Of a DNA stretch of 64,000 bases, positions 31,431-44,900 are shown in pieces. The DNA is taken from NCBI GenBank assembly GCA_014905635.1, contig JABVCE010000029.1, forward strand, positions 372,001 to 436,000, in the 5' to 3' direction. The notes beneath the pieces are model-generated. The model saw only the letters and a program-made list of their open reading frames with translations. It was not told the origin of the DNA and ran no database searches. The number at the start of each line of letters is the position of its first letter. Position 1 is the stretch's first letter. This stretch comes from Scenedesmus sp. PABB004. Taxonomy: Eukaryota. The translations under genes and the position numbers were made by a program.

Positions 31431-33675
31431 TCAGAGCCAGGTTTCCAGCTCCGACGCTGTGCGCCGCGCCGCCGCGGCCAGGCCGCGCGCGTCGCCCACC
31501 CACGCTGGCGGTGTGGCAGGGCCGCCGGCGCACCCGCCGCCGCGCCCCCGCGCGGCCGCCCACGCGGCGTTGCGCGCCGCGGCCGCCGCCGCCGCGTCGG
31601 CGACCGCGTCCAGCGCGAGCGCCGCGCGGACGAGGTCGAGCGCGCAGTGCGCAGCCCTCAGGCGGCGCGCGGCCGCGCCGCTCGCGCCCGCCGCGGCCGC
31701 GAGTGCCGCGAACGCCCCGCCCGCCGCGCCCTCGTCGGCGGTGCGCAGCGCGTCCGCCGCGGCCAGGCGCCGCCGCGCGATGGTGCCTACAAAGTCTGCA
31801 AACTCGGCAAAGCTGAAGCCGCTGTTGGCCGCCAGCAGGCGCTGGACCAGGTCCTCAAACTCGCACGCGCTCGCGGTGTCCCTGCGCAGCAGCAGCGGGG
31901 CCGCGGGCGTCGAGGGCGCGCGTCGCGCCGCGCGGGGCGAGGTGCGGGCGCGCGCGGCGCAGCGCGGGCGGCACGCCTGCAGTCCTCCAGCTGCGCCGTC
32001 GCCGCCGCGTGCTCTGCCGCGAGCAGCGCCCACGCGCGGTGCACGTTGTGCGCGTTGAGCCAGTTGTGGTTTATCGACAGCGTGTCAGCGGTGTTGGCCA
32101 CGTCGTGGTGCCAGCCGCTCGGCACAAACAGGACGTCGCCGGCACCCTGGTCCACTTCCAGCACGTGCTCGGCTGCCGCCGCCGCGCCGCCGCCGCCGCC
32201 CGAGCCGGCCGGCGCCGGCGCGGGCAGCGCAGGCGGCAGCTGGCCGAGGCGGTCTCGCAGCAGGTGGGTGTGCTGCGGCGGCAGCAGCCGCCACCTGCGG
32301 CCCCGCCGGCGGGCGCGGCGCGGCTGGGCGGTCGCGCGGGTGGCGAGCGCCCGCTCGCTCGCTCGCTCGCTCGCTCGCTCACTCGCTGCCCCCGTCCCTC
32401 CGCACCGCTTGCGGCCGACGACGTTGGCCGACCAGCTGAACGAGCGCAGCACGTCTGCGGCGCCGGGGGCGCGCCAGTGGCGGAGATCAGGCGTGCACGG
32501 CCGCTCGCCGCCTGCGCGCGTGCGCGCGCGGGTCGGCGCGGACCGGCGCGGCGTGCGCACCCGAGTGCAGGGGCGTGAGTGTGCCGGCGGGGCCGAGGTA
32601 GATGAAGCGATAGTCCCGCGTCACCGCGGCGCCGCCGGGCTCGCACGCGGCCTGCTGGCGCTGCTCCTGCGCCTGCTGCGCCGGCTCCTGCTGCTGGTCC
32701 TGCTCCTGCTGGCCCTGCTGCTGCTGCTCCTGCTCCTGCTGGTCCTGCTGCTGCAGCAGCTGCTGCTGCTGGCCCTGCTGCTGCTGCTGGCCCTGCTGCT
32801 GCTGCTGGCCCTGCTCCTGCTGCTGCCGTGCGTCGTAGTACTCATTCAGCCAGTCCTCTTGACAGTACAGCGGCACGTCATACACCTGCGCCGCGCGCGC
32901 AGCAGCGCCCAGTCGTCACGCCGCGCGCACCGGACGCCGCCGCCTGCCGCCCCGGCTGTCCGAGCCAGCCGAGGCTGGCTCCTCCGATGCCCCACCTGGT
33001 CGCTCGGGAACTCGGCGACGTAGTGCCAGTCTTTGAGGTACAGCAGCGGCTCAGCAGCTTGGCCCTCGCCCTCGCCCTCGCCGTCGCCCACCTGGCCCTC
33101 GCCCTCGCCCCGCCGCCCCTCCCACCAGGCCGCATAGTCATCCAGCGCCATGCTGCGCACGCCCCCCGACCCGCCACCGTCGGTCACCGACACGCGGCAG
33201 CGCCCCGCCATCGCGCGCAGCGCGCCCATCGCTACGCCGCCGCCGGGCGCAGCCCAGGCGCGCCGCGCGCGCCAGCCCGCCGCGGCGCCCTGCGCACGCG
33301 GGCGGTGGTGACTTGCTCGGCGAGGCGCGGGGCAGGCTGGGCGGCGCGGCGCCTGGGCGCGCGCCGCGCCTTGATGAGCACCGGTGTGTTGAGCGCCATG
33401 TGGCGCTCCACAAAGTCATGATAGGCCAGGGACTCCGCGTCCACCTCCGGCACCGCGCGCAGCGGCGGCGGCGCAGCGCTGCCCCCTGCCTCCGGCGGCG
33501 CCAGCAGGCTGTCGTCGCAGGCCGGCGCCGCTGCCAGCAGCCTGCGGTGCGTTCCACCGGCCGGCGTCAGGGGCGGCAGCGCTGCGCGGCGACGGCGGAC
33601 GCGCCGTCGACGGCGCGCGGCAGCAGCGCACGTGCGGAGGAGCTCGAGCGCGCGCCCCGCGGCGCCGTCGGCCAT
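31431..33675 (-). CDS. JMJD4: JmjC-domain oxygenase JMJD4-like, with a poly-Gln insertion
   Basis: NTPVLI, LLYLKDWH, DWLNEY, DYRFIYLGPAGTLTPLH(A)DVLRSFSWSANVVGRKRW, VDQGAGDVLFVPSGWHHDVANTADTLSINHNWLN. Gln-rich tract at 32650-32825. Confidence 0.92.
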
Positions 33676-33871
33676 CGCGGCGGCGGTCGTGGGGAGCAGG
33701 GGGGCAGGGCACCGGAGCGACGTGCGTTGGCCGCGGCGCGCGGCCGCGGGACTAGAACCTGCACCGCCGGTGCCGCGCCGCTGCGCACGCACGCACGCCC
33801 GCCGCGCGGCGCCGCCATGCGCCAGAGACCCCCGACGCCCGCACCTGCCGCGACACCAGATCCTCCCCGCC

Positions 33872-34957
33872 ATGGCCGTCATGATGCAGCGCAGCTCGGT
33901 GGCCGCGCGCCCCGGCCTGGCCCGCCCCGCGCGCAGCGTGGCCCGCCTGGCGGTCCGCGCCAGCGCCGACGAGGGCGAGGCGAAGACGGTGGTGCAGAAG
34001 CTGGCCGTGCCGCTGGCCACCATGGCCACCGCGACCGCGCTGCTGGGGAGCGCGATGGTGGCTCCCCCCGAGGCCCTCGCCGCCCGCAGCGGTGGCCGCG
34101 CCGGCGCCAGCGGCTTCTCGGCTCGCCGGGCGCAGTCCTTCGCGCCGTGAGTGGCCAGATCGGGCCGGGGGCGCGGGGACAGCGTGTGGTTGCTCCCGCT
34201 CCCAGGGCGTCTGCAGGACACCTGGGCGCGCAGGGCGGGCGCGCGTCCGCACCGGAGCCAGACCGCTGCTCGTGCCAGCGCCCCGGCAGCGCCGCGGCGC
34301 CCGCATGCACGGCGCCGCGGCAGCGGCGGCAGCAGTGGCAGCGGGCGCGTGGCGCGCCTCGAGGCGGGCGCCTCGCCCTCACCCCGCGCCGCCTCCGCCG
34401 CCTCCGCCTCCGCCGTTGTCGCAGGCGCGGCGGCGCCGTGCCGCGCGCCGCGCAGCGCAGCTACTCGACGACCAACGTCATCGTCGCGCCGCCCCTGTAC
34501 TCGCCGTTTGGCTTTGGCGGCTTTGGCTTTGGCGGCTTCATGCCCTTCCCCTTCTTCGGCGGCATGCTCCAGGCGCGCGCGCGGCGCGACGCCGCCGCGG
34601 CCGCGCCCCCGCCCGCCGCTCCGCACCCCGCCCCGCCGCGCCCGCGCACGTCGCCGTCCGCGCGCCTCACGCGCGTGCGTGCCCCCGTGCCCCTCCTCCC
34701 CTCATCCCCTCCGGTCTGCTCCCTCACCTCGCCTCACCTCGCCTCACCTCACCTCACCTCACCTCACCTCACCTCACCTCACCTCACCTCACCTCACCTC
34801 ACCTCACCTCACCTCACCTCACCTCACCTCACCTCACCCCACACAGTTCATGTTCCTCATGCTCGCCGTGAGCTTTGTCTTCAGCGTCGTCAAGGGCGCG
34901 ATCGGCGCCGCCAACGGCGCCGGCAAGAGCAAGAGCCAGGACTGGGACGACCTGTGA
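33872..34957 (+). CDS. Small Gly-rich plastid/thylakoid membrane protein (SGGR motif, like the DUF1517 N-terminus)
   Basis: Transit peptide plus a hydrophobic segment ending ALA-ARSGGRAGASGF, then NVIVAPPLYSPFGFGGFGFGG and a C-terminal TM helix ending DWDDL*. Confidence 0.65.
34723..34838 (+). repeat. (CTCAC)n pentanucleotide microsatellite at the 3' end of an intron
   Basis: More than 20 consecutive cctca/ctcac units ending just before the acag acceptor at about 34846. Confidence 0.95.
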
Positions 34958-35595
34958 GCGCGCACGCGGGAGGCGGCGGACGGCGACAATAACTAGGGAC
35001 GGCCGCTGCCGTGCAGCGGCGTGAGCGTTTTTGGGCGTGGATCGCGAGCGGGCGGCGCGGGCTCGACGCGGCCGGCGCGGCGCGCGTGCGTGGCTGCAGC
35101 GTCGCGCGGCGCTGCCTCTGCAGAGCCCCGGCGTGTTGCGTGGGTCGGAGTGCCGCGGCCGTGCCGGGGCTGGTCAACGTGTGCTTGCTCGTGAGCGCGC
35201 AGGTGCACCAGGACGCCGCGGCGGCGGCGCGACCGCGCCAGCGCGGCTCAGCTCAGCTCGCCAGCACGTGCGCCTGGCGATGCCAGGAAGACTCACCCGC
35301 CGGCGCGCCGGGGGCGCTGGGCGGCCGAGCGCGCGGGGGCGCGAGTGGGCGCATCTTTGTGCTGCTGCTCGCGCCGAACCGTCGGCAGCGCCCGTTCGGA
35401 GGCGCGCGGGCGTGTGACGTGTGGCATCAGTCAAGCGCAGCCGGCACGCGCGCGGTGGGACGCCCCAGAGCAGCGCCCGCAGCTCGGGCGAGCTCGAGGC
35501 GGCGCGGCGCGATCGGCGGCGAGCCCCAGCAGCACCGGCAGCGCCTGGCCCCCAGGCAGCCCGCCCAGGCGCCGCGCGCGCCGATCTGTCCCGGC

Positions 35596-38500
35596 ATGCG
35601 CCGCGGCGCACGCCGCGCGGGCGGCTCAGCGCGCGCGGCGCCGTGGCGCGCGTCGTGCGCGCGCGGCGCGGCCGCGGGCGCGGCGCTGCTCTGCGCGGCG
35701 GCGCTGGCGCTGCGGGCGGCGGGGCAGCAGGCGCCGGTGGTGTACTGCCGCAAGTGGTCGCGGTCGGCGGCGAGCTTCTTCCCCGTGACGGCGAGCACGA
35801 CGCTGCGCGACTGGCACTGCTACAGCCAGGGTGCGGCGCCACGCCGCGGCGGCGATGCACGGCGCGCCCGCCCGCGAGGCTCAGCTGCGCCGCGGCGCTC
35901 GCGCTGAGGGCGCTCGCCGCGCGCAGCCCCAGACCGCTGCGGCGGCGTGGGCTCGAGCTACGGGGGCTGGAACTTCTCCGAGGAGTGCTCGGGCGACCTC
36001 ACAGGCGCGCCACCCCGGCGGCGCGCCGGGGACCTGGCAGGGCCGCGGGCCGCACGCCGCGCGCGCAGATTGACGCCCCCCGCGCCCGCGCCCGCGCCCC
36101 GCAGGCTGCGAGGCGCTGCCCGCGGCGTTCAACGGCAGCTGCCTGCGCTGGCAGGTCAACACGACCAACGACGCCGCGCCGTGCGGCGCGCTGCGCTGCT
36201 GCACCGACGGCTCGTCCGAGGCGCAGTACTACCAGGCAATGTGCGCGGCGCAGTCGCTCGTGTGCACCGAGCCCGGCCCGCACCAGCTGGAGTGCAACAT
36301 GGCCACGATGTGCCCCACCGGTGGGGCGCGCCGCCAGCGCACTGCGGGGGCCGACGCGCGGGGCCCGGCTCCGAGGGGCTTTCAGGGGCGCCCCTCCACC
36401 TGCCCCCTCCCCCCAAAAAAACACGCGCGCGCGCGCCTCCTGCCCTGCCTGCGCGCAGGCACGATGCTGACGGACTCCGGCGCCTGCGTCGGCCTGCCGC
36501 CGAGCCCGCCGCCGGCGCCGCCGCCGCCGCCGCGGCGGCGGCCGCCGCCGCCGGCGCCGCCACCGCCGCCGGCCCGCCGCCGCCGAGCCCGCCGAGCCCG
36601 CCGAGCCCGCCGAGCCCCCCGCCCCCGAGCCCGCCGCCGCCGGAGCCGAGCCCGCCGCCGCCGGCGCCGCCGCCGCCCTACCCGCCCAAGCCGCCGGTCT
36701 CGTACTTCACGGGCCACCCGCCCCTGCCGCCCTACCCGCCCCTGCCGCCCTACCCGCCGCCGCCGCTGAGCCCGCCACCCCTGGCGCCGCCGCCGCCCAG
36801 CCCGCCCAACCCGCCGGCAATCATCATCGACCTGCGGACCTCGCCGCCGCCGCCGCCCGCGGCGGCCGCGCCGCCGCCGGCGCTGGAGCAGGGCGCGCCG
36901 CCGCCGCCGGCCGCACAACCAACGTCGCCGCCGGCGCTGGAGCAGGGCGCGACGCCGCCGCCGCCGCCGGGGCTGGTCGCAGCCGCGGCGCCGCCGCCGC
37001 CGCACCAGCAGCAGCAGGCGGGCCAGCCGCCGCAGCAGCAGCAGCAAGCGGGCCAGCCGCCGCCGCCGCCGCCTGGCGCCGGCGCCAGCGGCAATTACCT
37101 GGGTGCGCGCGCGTGGCGCGGCCGGCGCTTGTTCTCGCCGCCTGCGGCGCGCGCGGCACCGCGCCCAGCACGCCGCCGCCCCTGTTCTTGCAGGCGCGCA
37201 GGTGGTGCTGGTGCTGGTGTTCCGGCTGGAGTATGCGTCGATCATCTCACGCTTCGAGGCCTTTGTGCGCGACCTGGACGCGGAGCTCGCCACGACGTCG
37301 GGCCTGCCCCCGGCCGCCGCGCACACGACGGGCGTGACCGCGGGCAGCGTCGTCGCGCGCGCGGAGCTCTTCTTCGCCGCCGCGACGCACACGTACGCCG
37401 ACGCGGCCGCGTACGCGGCCGCGGTGCAGGCCAGCCCCTCGGTGCTCACGAGCGCCGCGTTTGCCGCCCTCTACGCCCCCGCCGACACGTGCACCGCGGA
37501 GCTGCGCGCCAAGTTCAGGGGTGCGCCCGCCGCGCGCGCGCCGCGCGGGCGCGCGCAGCGCGCACGGCACGCCACGCCGCCCGCCCGGCCGCCCGCCCGC
37601 CCGCCTGCGCGCCGCGCTTCAGACAGCGGGGCCGCACCGCCGTCGCCGCCGCCGCCGCCGCCGGGCGCGCCGTCGGGCGACGCGCGGTCGGCGTCCGCCG
37701 CCGTGCGGGGGCTGCTCGCCGGGCTGGTGGTCGTGCTCGGCCTGGCCGCGCTCGGCGGCGCCGGCTTTGTGTGGCAGCGCGTGCGGGGCGCAGCCTGGCC
37801 CGGCTGGGCGGCGCTGGCGCCCTGGACGGCGGCGGCAGCTGCGCGGCGCTTCCAGCAGCAGGTGGGCCGGCGCGCGGCGCGGCCGAGCTGCGTGCTGCGC
37901 GCCGCGTGGGGCCGGCGCCGCCCTCACCGCCGCCGCGGCGCCGCAGGCGGCGCTCTGGCAGGAGGACGCGCAGCGGCACAGCGAGCCGCTGGGGGCGATG
38001 CCGCGCCTGGTGCAGGGCTCGCTGGCGGGCGTGCGGCAGTCGCTGGCGGGCGCGCCCCGCCGCAGCGCCGGCGGCAAGTCGCGCAGGGCGAGCGCCGGCC
38101 GGCCGCGCGACGACAGCGCGGCGGGCGGCCCCCACCGCGGCCGCAGCGCGAGCGGCGCGCGGGCGGCACAGGAGCGACCGTGGCTGCCGCAGCCGGCGGA
38201 CTGGAGCGAGCGCGAGGGCAGCGACTGGCAGGAGCACGCGGCCGAGGCCGGCGCGCGCGCGCCGCACCGCGCATCCCGCACCCGGGTGCGGCGGTCGCTG
38301 GCGCAGATTGAGACGGAGCCGGGGGAGCCGGACGCGCTGGCGGACGAGCGGTGGGAACTAGAGGAGGAGCGGCAGTGGCAGTGGCAGGCGCCTGGGGAGG
38401 AGCAGCAGCCGTGGCAGCCGCCGTGGCGCGCCGGCAGCTCGGCGCGGCAGCACGCGCGCAGCCAGCAGGCGGACGAGGACGAGCGGGCGGCGCGGCGGCG

Positions 38501-38741
38501 CAGCAGCCAGCAGCCGCGGTCGCGCAGCCAGCGCTCGCCTGCGGGCGCGCCCCGCGCCAGCCGCCGCAGGGTGGCCGGAGCCGGCGACGACGGCACCGCC
38601 GGCGACCCCTGGGACGCCGCGTGGTGGCCCGAGGCGCCCGCGCAGGAGGAGGAGCTGTGGCGCAGCGGGGCGGGCGCGACGAGGTCCGCCGCGGGGCTGC
38701 GCAGCGGCGATGCGCCCGAGGACGACGAGCCGTCCTCCTAG
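35596..38741 (+). CDS. Type I membrane protein: Cys-rich N-domain, SPn/Pro-rich stalk, SEA-like domain, TM helix and low-complexity tail
   Basis: Hydrophobic leader, Cys-rich exons (CLRWQVN...CCTDG...CTEPG), SPPSPPPP repeats, GVTAGSVVARAELFF and TM GLLAGLVVVLGLAALGGAGFVW. An apparent frame change lies in the CCG run at about 36530-36590. Confidence 0.6.
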
Positions 38742-38972
38742 CTGGTCGGCGCGCGGCCCGCCAGCGCGGGCCGGCGCCGGGCGGCAGGGTAGCTCGCGCT
38801 GCTCAAGTTGCCGGCTGGGCGCAAGCGCGCGCGCGCGCGCGTGCAATCCGGCACCGCCGCCGCCGCTCCTGCCCGACGCCTCAGCCGGCATGCAGCAACT
38901 CGTGAGGCGCCCGGCTCGCTGCGCCCTGCCCGCCAACGTCTCGCACAGCCAACCCGCCGCCCCGCTGCCCCG

Positions 38973-41900
38973 TCACATGCCCGGGTGCCGGACGCTGCTG
39001 CCGCCGCCGCCGCCGCCGCCGCCGCGCTTGGTGATGCTGAACGCGTCGTCCAAGCCGGCAGCGCCGTGGCGCCCCAGCAGCGGCATCACCGCCGGCGGCG
39101 CGCCCGGGCGCGGGCGCGGCGCGCCGCCGCGCTGCGGCGAGGGCGCCGAGGGACCGGCGGCTTGCGCGGGCTGCCGCGCCGCTTGCTGATGCTGAAGAGG
39201 TCCTCCAGCGCGGCGTCGCTGTGCCGCCCCAGCACGGGCACCAAGCCGCTCGCACGCGCGCCGCCGCCGGCGGCGGCCGCTCCCCCGGCCGCGCCTGCCG
39301 CCGCTGCTGAAGCAGCGGCCGCGACCGCCGCCGCGGCTGCGGCGCGCGTGGCGGGGGTCATGCCGGGGTGCGAGGCCGCCCCGCCGCGACCGCCGTCGCC
39401 GCTGCCGCCCGCTGGCGGGGGCGTGTGCTGCGTCGCCGCGGCGCGGCGCCGCGGCGCGGCGGCGCTCGTGGCCGGCTCCGGGTCGTCCTGCACCGGCGGC
39501 AGCGCGTTGGCAAAGGCCACACGCCGCTGCGTCGCCGCCGCGGCTGGCGCGGGCAGGCTCACGCGCTCCGCTGGCACGTCCGCGCCTCCCACCACGCCCT
39601 CGTCGTCCCAGCGGCTCTGCGCCGGCTGCGGCGCCGGCCGCTGCGCCGGCGGCTGCGTTGACTGCTGCGCCGGCTGCTGCGTCGGCTGCTGCGCCGCAGG
39701 CGCGCCGGCGGCCGCCGCAGGGGCGCCGCGGCGCCAGTGGTGCGGCGCGTCGCTGTACTCAAGCGAAAAGTCGGGCTGCACCGGCGGCAGCGCGTTGGCA
39801 AAGGCCACGCCGCCGCCCTGCCCGCCCAGCGCCGCGCTGCTCACGCGCGCCGCCGGCATGCAGGCGGCAAGGTCATCGTCGCTGTCGCTGCCCGGCTCGC
39901 CGTCCAACGGGCCGCCGCCGCCCGACGCCCCGGGGGCCGCCGCGCGCGCGGCGGGTTGGCCCCGGCCTTGAAGCTCGCCAGGAGCTGGTCCAGCCGCGCG
40001 TCGAGGTCCTCCGGCAGCGACCGCGGGTCGTGCAGCTCACCCCCGGCTGGCTGCTGCTGTGGCTGGGCCCGTCGCTGCTGCTGCGCCGCCGCCGCCGCCG
40101 TGTCCTCGGCGTCCTCAAGCTCCGCCAGGTGCCGCCACACGTCGCCGCCGGGGCGGGGCGGCGCCGCGTCCGCGCCCGCGCCCGCGGCCGCGCCGTCAGC
40201 CGCTCGCCGCTCCGCCTGGCGCGCCGCGGCCGCTGCCTGCGCCGCCGCCGCGTGCGCCTGGGCGCCCTCGAGCTCGGCCAGCCGCGCCGCGGACGCGGTC
40301 GCCGCCGCCGCCGCGCCGGCCTGGCTGAGCTGCGCCGGGTTGACGGGCGCGGCGGGCCCCCGCCGCCGCCGCCGCCGCTGCCGCTGCCGCTGTGCTGGCC
40401 CGCGGCCGAGAGCGCCGCGACCGCCGCGTCGGGGGGCGGGCCGCTGGGGCGGGTGATGTCAAACATCCAGTCGGCGCAGCCCGCCCCCAGCGCGCCCAGC
40501 GCCACCGGCGGCCGCGCGTGCTGCGCCTGCTGCTGGCCTGCGGGGCGCCGCGGCGGCCTGCGGCGGGGCGGGCGGCCGTGAGCGGCCATGAGCGCGCAGC
40601 GTGCAGGCGCGCCGGCCCCGTCGCCGCGTTCGCTCCGCCTCCGCCGGGCCGCGCGCTCACCCCGGCGGCGCCTCGTCGTCCGAGTTGGCGGCGAGGCTCC
40701 AGTCCACGCGGCCCATGAGCTCCTCCGTGTCCGGCTCGCTCTCCGTCGCGGCGCCGCCCGGCGCCACCAGAAACTCCTCGTCGTCGCTGAGCGTCTGCAC
40801 GTGCTGGAACGCCGCCGCGCGCGCCGCCATCGCCGCCGCGTGCTCCGGCTCCGGCGAAGCCGCCGCCGCGTCGGGCATCGCAGCCGCTGGGCTGCTGGCG
40901 CGGCGCGACGAGCCTGCGGGACGTGCCACAGGGCGCGCGCCAGGGGGTCAGCCAGGCAGGCAGGCGCCGCCACGCCGCGCGCCGAACAGCTGCGCTGCTG
41001 CCGTCAGCTGCCGCCGCCTCACCTGCTGCGCTGGCCGTCTCGCTGCCGGTGGAACGGGTGGCCAGGCTCGCGGTGAACTCGTCCAGGGCCTGCGACGGGC
41101 AGGCACAAACGCGGGCGGGGCAGCGTCGGCAGAGGCGGATGCGCCTCGTCGAGCTGCTGCTCGAGCGCGCCCGCCCGCCCTGCGGCGCCGCCCTGAGCGC
41201 TCCCTGCATGCTGCCTCTCCCGCGGCCGGCGCGCCAAAACCCCACGCACGCACCTCGAGGTTTGCGCGCAGCGCGGCGCGCAGGAGGTCGCCGCCGCCGG
41301 CGTCCGTGGGCGCGCCGCTCGGGCTGGGCGGCGCGGCCGCGGCCGGCGGCGGCGCGGGCAGCAGCAGCAGGCCGCCGGGCCGGCGCGGCGACGCCAGCGC
41401 CGGCGGCTCCGGCGCCGCGTGCGGCGTCAGGTGCGTGACGCTGGCCTTGATCTGCCCGCGCGGCCGCCCCGCCGCGTCGGCGATGTGGTGCCAGCCGTCG
41501 AGCGCGCCGAGCACGCGCAGCGCGGCGAGGTCGAGCGCCGCCGCGCCGAGCAGCTCGTCGTCGTGCCGCGGCGCCGCCGCGAGGCCGGCGTAGAGGGGCG
41601 GCACCTCGCCGCGCCCGTCGCTGGGCAGGCGGCGCAGCCACACCTGCAGCACGAGCTCCTCCGCCCCCGCCGTGTCGAGCGCGAGCGGCAGGTGCACGGC
41701 GTGCAGCCACTTGGCGCTCGCCGTGTGCCCCAGCGGGCCACACCAGGCCGCCACGAGCGGCGTCGTGAGCAGCGCGCCGCCCGCCTCGGGCCAGCGATAC
41801 GCGACGTACAGGCACGGCGCGGCACCTGTGCGGGGCGCGCGGGGCGGCAGGCCGCGGGCGGTGAGCACGCGCCGCCCCGCGGGCGGGCGCGGCGCGGGCG

Positions 41901-44900
41901 CAGCGCGGCGGGGCCGCCGCCCCACTCCCTTGCCCCGCCGCCGCGCACCGCCCAGCTCCGGGAGCTGCAGGTTGAGCGCGCCCTCCACGCACAGCCGCAC
42001 GTCCCGCACGCCCAGCTGGCGCGCAGGGTCGAGCGCGACCAGCTGCTGCTGTTCGGGCCGCTGCGGCGCAAGCGCCAGCGCCAGCGCGCGCCCGCCCAGC
42101 TCCGGCGCAGCTGCGCCGGCGGGGCTGATGCTGCGCGAGCCGCCGCCGGGCGCGGACACGTGGGAGACCTCCGCGCGCAGCCGGCCGCCGCTGCGCGGCC
42201 TGCCCAGCTCCAGCAGCGGCTGCTCGTCGTCGCCGCGCGCCACGGACGGTAGCTGCTCCTCCGCAGCGTCGCTGCCAGCCGGCGACGCCCACGGCGGGTG
42301 CGCGGCGGGGCTGGCGGCCCTGCTGCTGGCGCCCGACGCGAGCTGCCGGCCGGCCGGCGAGGCGGCTGCCGGGACGGCGACCGCCCTGGGGGGCTCGCAG
42401 CCGCCCGCACGCGCCTCGTCCCCGCCCGCGCCGGGCGTCGCCGCGCGCTGACCGCCCGCGCCCGCGCCGGGCGGCGGCAGCGCCGCGAGCGGCCCGCCGA
42501 CCTGCCAGAGTGCGGCGGGGTCCGCGAGCAGCGCGTCGGGTGGCGGCTCGCGCGGCTCCAGCTCCAGCAGCACCTTGAGCCGCAGCCGTGTGCCGCCCAG
42601 GGTCTTGGGCATGGGGTGCACCAGCGCGAACACGCCGCCCAGCCAGCGCGCGCCGGGCCGCGCCGCGACGCCCGACCCGCGCGGCGCCAGCAGGGGCGAC
42701 AGGTCCACCTCGGCCGTGCCCAGGGGCGCGCCCGCCGCGCCCGCGCCGGCGCCGCCCGCACCGCCGCGCCGCGCGCTGGCGGGTTCCTGCTGCGCGACCG
42801 ACAGCACCAGCGGGTATGCCAGCAGCGCTCGGCCGAGCCGCCAGTCCGCCACCACCCAGTGGCGGCCGACGTGCCCCCAGTCCACGCGCCACGCGCGCGC
42901 CAGCAGCCCCGCGGCGCACGGCGCGCTGCTGGCGGCCTTGCTGGGCGTGGCCGCCTCGAGCTGGCTGCCTGTGGCGGCGGCGGAGTCGGCAGGGAAGGGG
43001 CGTGAGCCGTGAGGCGGCAGGCCGCGCCGCGCCGCGCCGCGCGCTGTCGCGCCCCGCCCGGCGCCAGGGCCGCGCCTGGCAGGCGGTACGACGCGGCGTA
43101 GCTGGCGATGCGTGGCCGCTCCGTCAGCGCCTCGTCGCCGCCAGGGAGGAGCAGCTCCTCCACGTGCACGCTCAGCCGCGCGAGCTGGCCGTCAAAGCCC
43201 TCGGGCGGGCTCGCCAGCAGCGGCGCCAGCGCCGCCGCGGGCTCGGGCGGCAGCAGCACGCGCAGCTCCGGGAACCTGCGCGGACGGCGGGGCGGTCAGC
43301 GGCGCGGGCGGGGCCGGGCGGCCGTGCGCTGTGGGCCGCCCGCCCCGCAGCTCACCGCGCCAGAGGGCACGCCGCGGCGGGGCAGGCGTCCAGCTCGTGC
43401 CCCCCAATGCTGCTAAAGCGCAGCGCCACCTCCACCGCACCCACGGGCTGGCCCAGGCGCGACGTCAGGGTCAGCCAGCAGGCCACGCCCTGAGCGGGCG
43501 GCGGCGGCGGCGTCGCGAGGTGTGCGGCAAGCGAGCTGGCAGGCGCGCGCGGAGGCGCCGCGCTGCCCTCCGCGGCAGGCAAGCTCGCGCGCCATGCGCC
43601 CACCTGCGGCCGCGTGAGCAGGCCCTGCAGTGGGCAGGACGCGCTGCCCAGCAGCACCTGCTGCTGTCCGGCCATGCCGTAGCTGCTGGACTGGCCGCGC
43701 GCGAGCGCCGCCGCGACGGCCTGCGAGCGCGGGCAGTGGTGCCAGACCTCCACGCAGCAGTCCTGGCTCGCCAGCGCCGCCAGCGTGGGGCCGTTCAGCT
43801 GCAGCGGCACCAGTGCCTGGTGGTGAAACTGGGGGCAAAAGGTCTGGGCCTGCTTGCGCACGGGCGGCGGCAGCAGCACGGCGCGTCAGCAGCGGCCCAG
43901 GCACGCATCGTGCGCCGCCCTCCAGCTCCGCGGCCGGCGCACCTGGAACGCCGTGCGGATGGCCGGCGCTTCGCTGGCGCCGCTGCCGCCCGGGAACAGA
44001 CGCAGGGTGGCAAAGGGGTGCGGACCCAGCTGCGCCGCGCGACCCAGCAGGCCCGAGGCGCCCCCGAGGCCGCGCTCCGCGTCCTTCACAGCGGCCTGGG
44101 GCGGCGGCGCAGCAAGCGCTCGTCGGCTGCCGGCAGCCCACGCCTGCGCCTGCGCGCGCGCCCGCCCACCTGCAGGCCGCACGCCCTGATGATCTGCACG
44201 CTCAGCTCCGCGCTCGGCGGCGCGGCGGCTGCACCCGACTGCCACGCCGGCGACGCCGGCCGCGCGCCAGCGCCCGGCGAGGGCGCGCCACGCGCCGGCG
44301 TGCGCTGCAGCACCGGGCTGGCGAACCCGGACAGCGTCGGGCTGCTGCCACCCGAGCCGCCCCGCGTGGGGCTCTGCTCGAGCCCCGGGCACGGTGCAGG
44401 GCTGGCCGCGCCGCGGGCGGGGCTGCTCGCAGCGCTGCCCGCCTGGGGCCGGCTGTAGCAGTGCGTCGCGCTGTAGCGCACCGACACCTGCAGCAGCACC
44501 GGCCGCCCCGCCTGCTGCACCGCCGCCTCGCCGCTGCCCGGCTCGAGCGCCAGCGGAACCAGGAATGCGCGCAGCACGCCGCTGCTCTCGCTCGTGCCTG
44601 GGTGGTCCACCTGCGCCAGCGCGAGCACCTGCGCCAGCGGCAGGCTGCCCGCCGCCACCAGGCTGTCGCTGTCGTCCGACCACTTGTCCCACAGCTGCGG
44701 GGGCGGGCGCGGCGGCGCGGCGCGTCCGCAGCGGGGCTCTGCGGCGCGCGGCGCTGCCTGCGCGGCGCGCGCGCGCGTGCGCCCGGTGCCGCCCTGCCCC
44801 GCCCGGCGCGTACCTCGAAGCACAGAGCCTCGTCTTCGCCCGTGCCGGCGCCGAGCGCCTCGGCCACGCCGCGCCCCGGCGGCAGCAGCACCGCGTGCTG

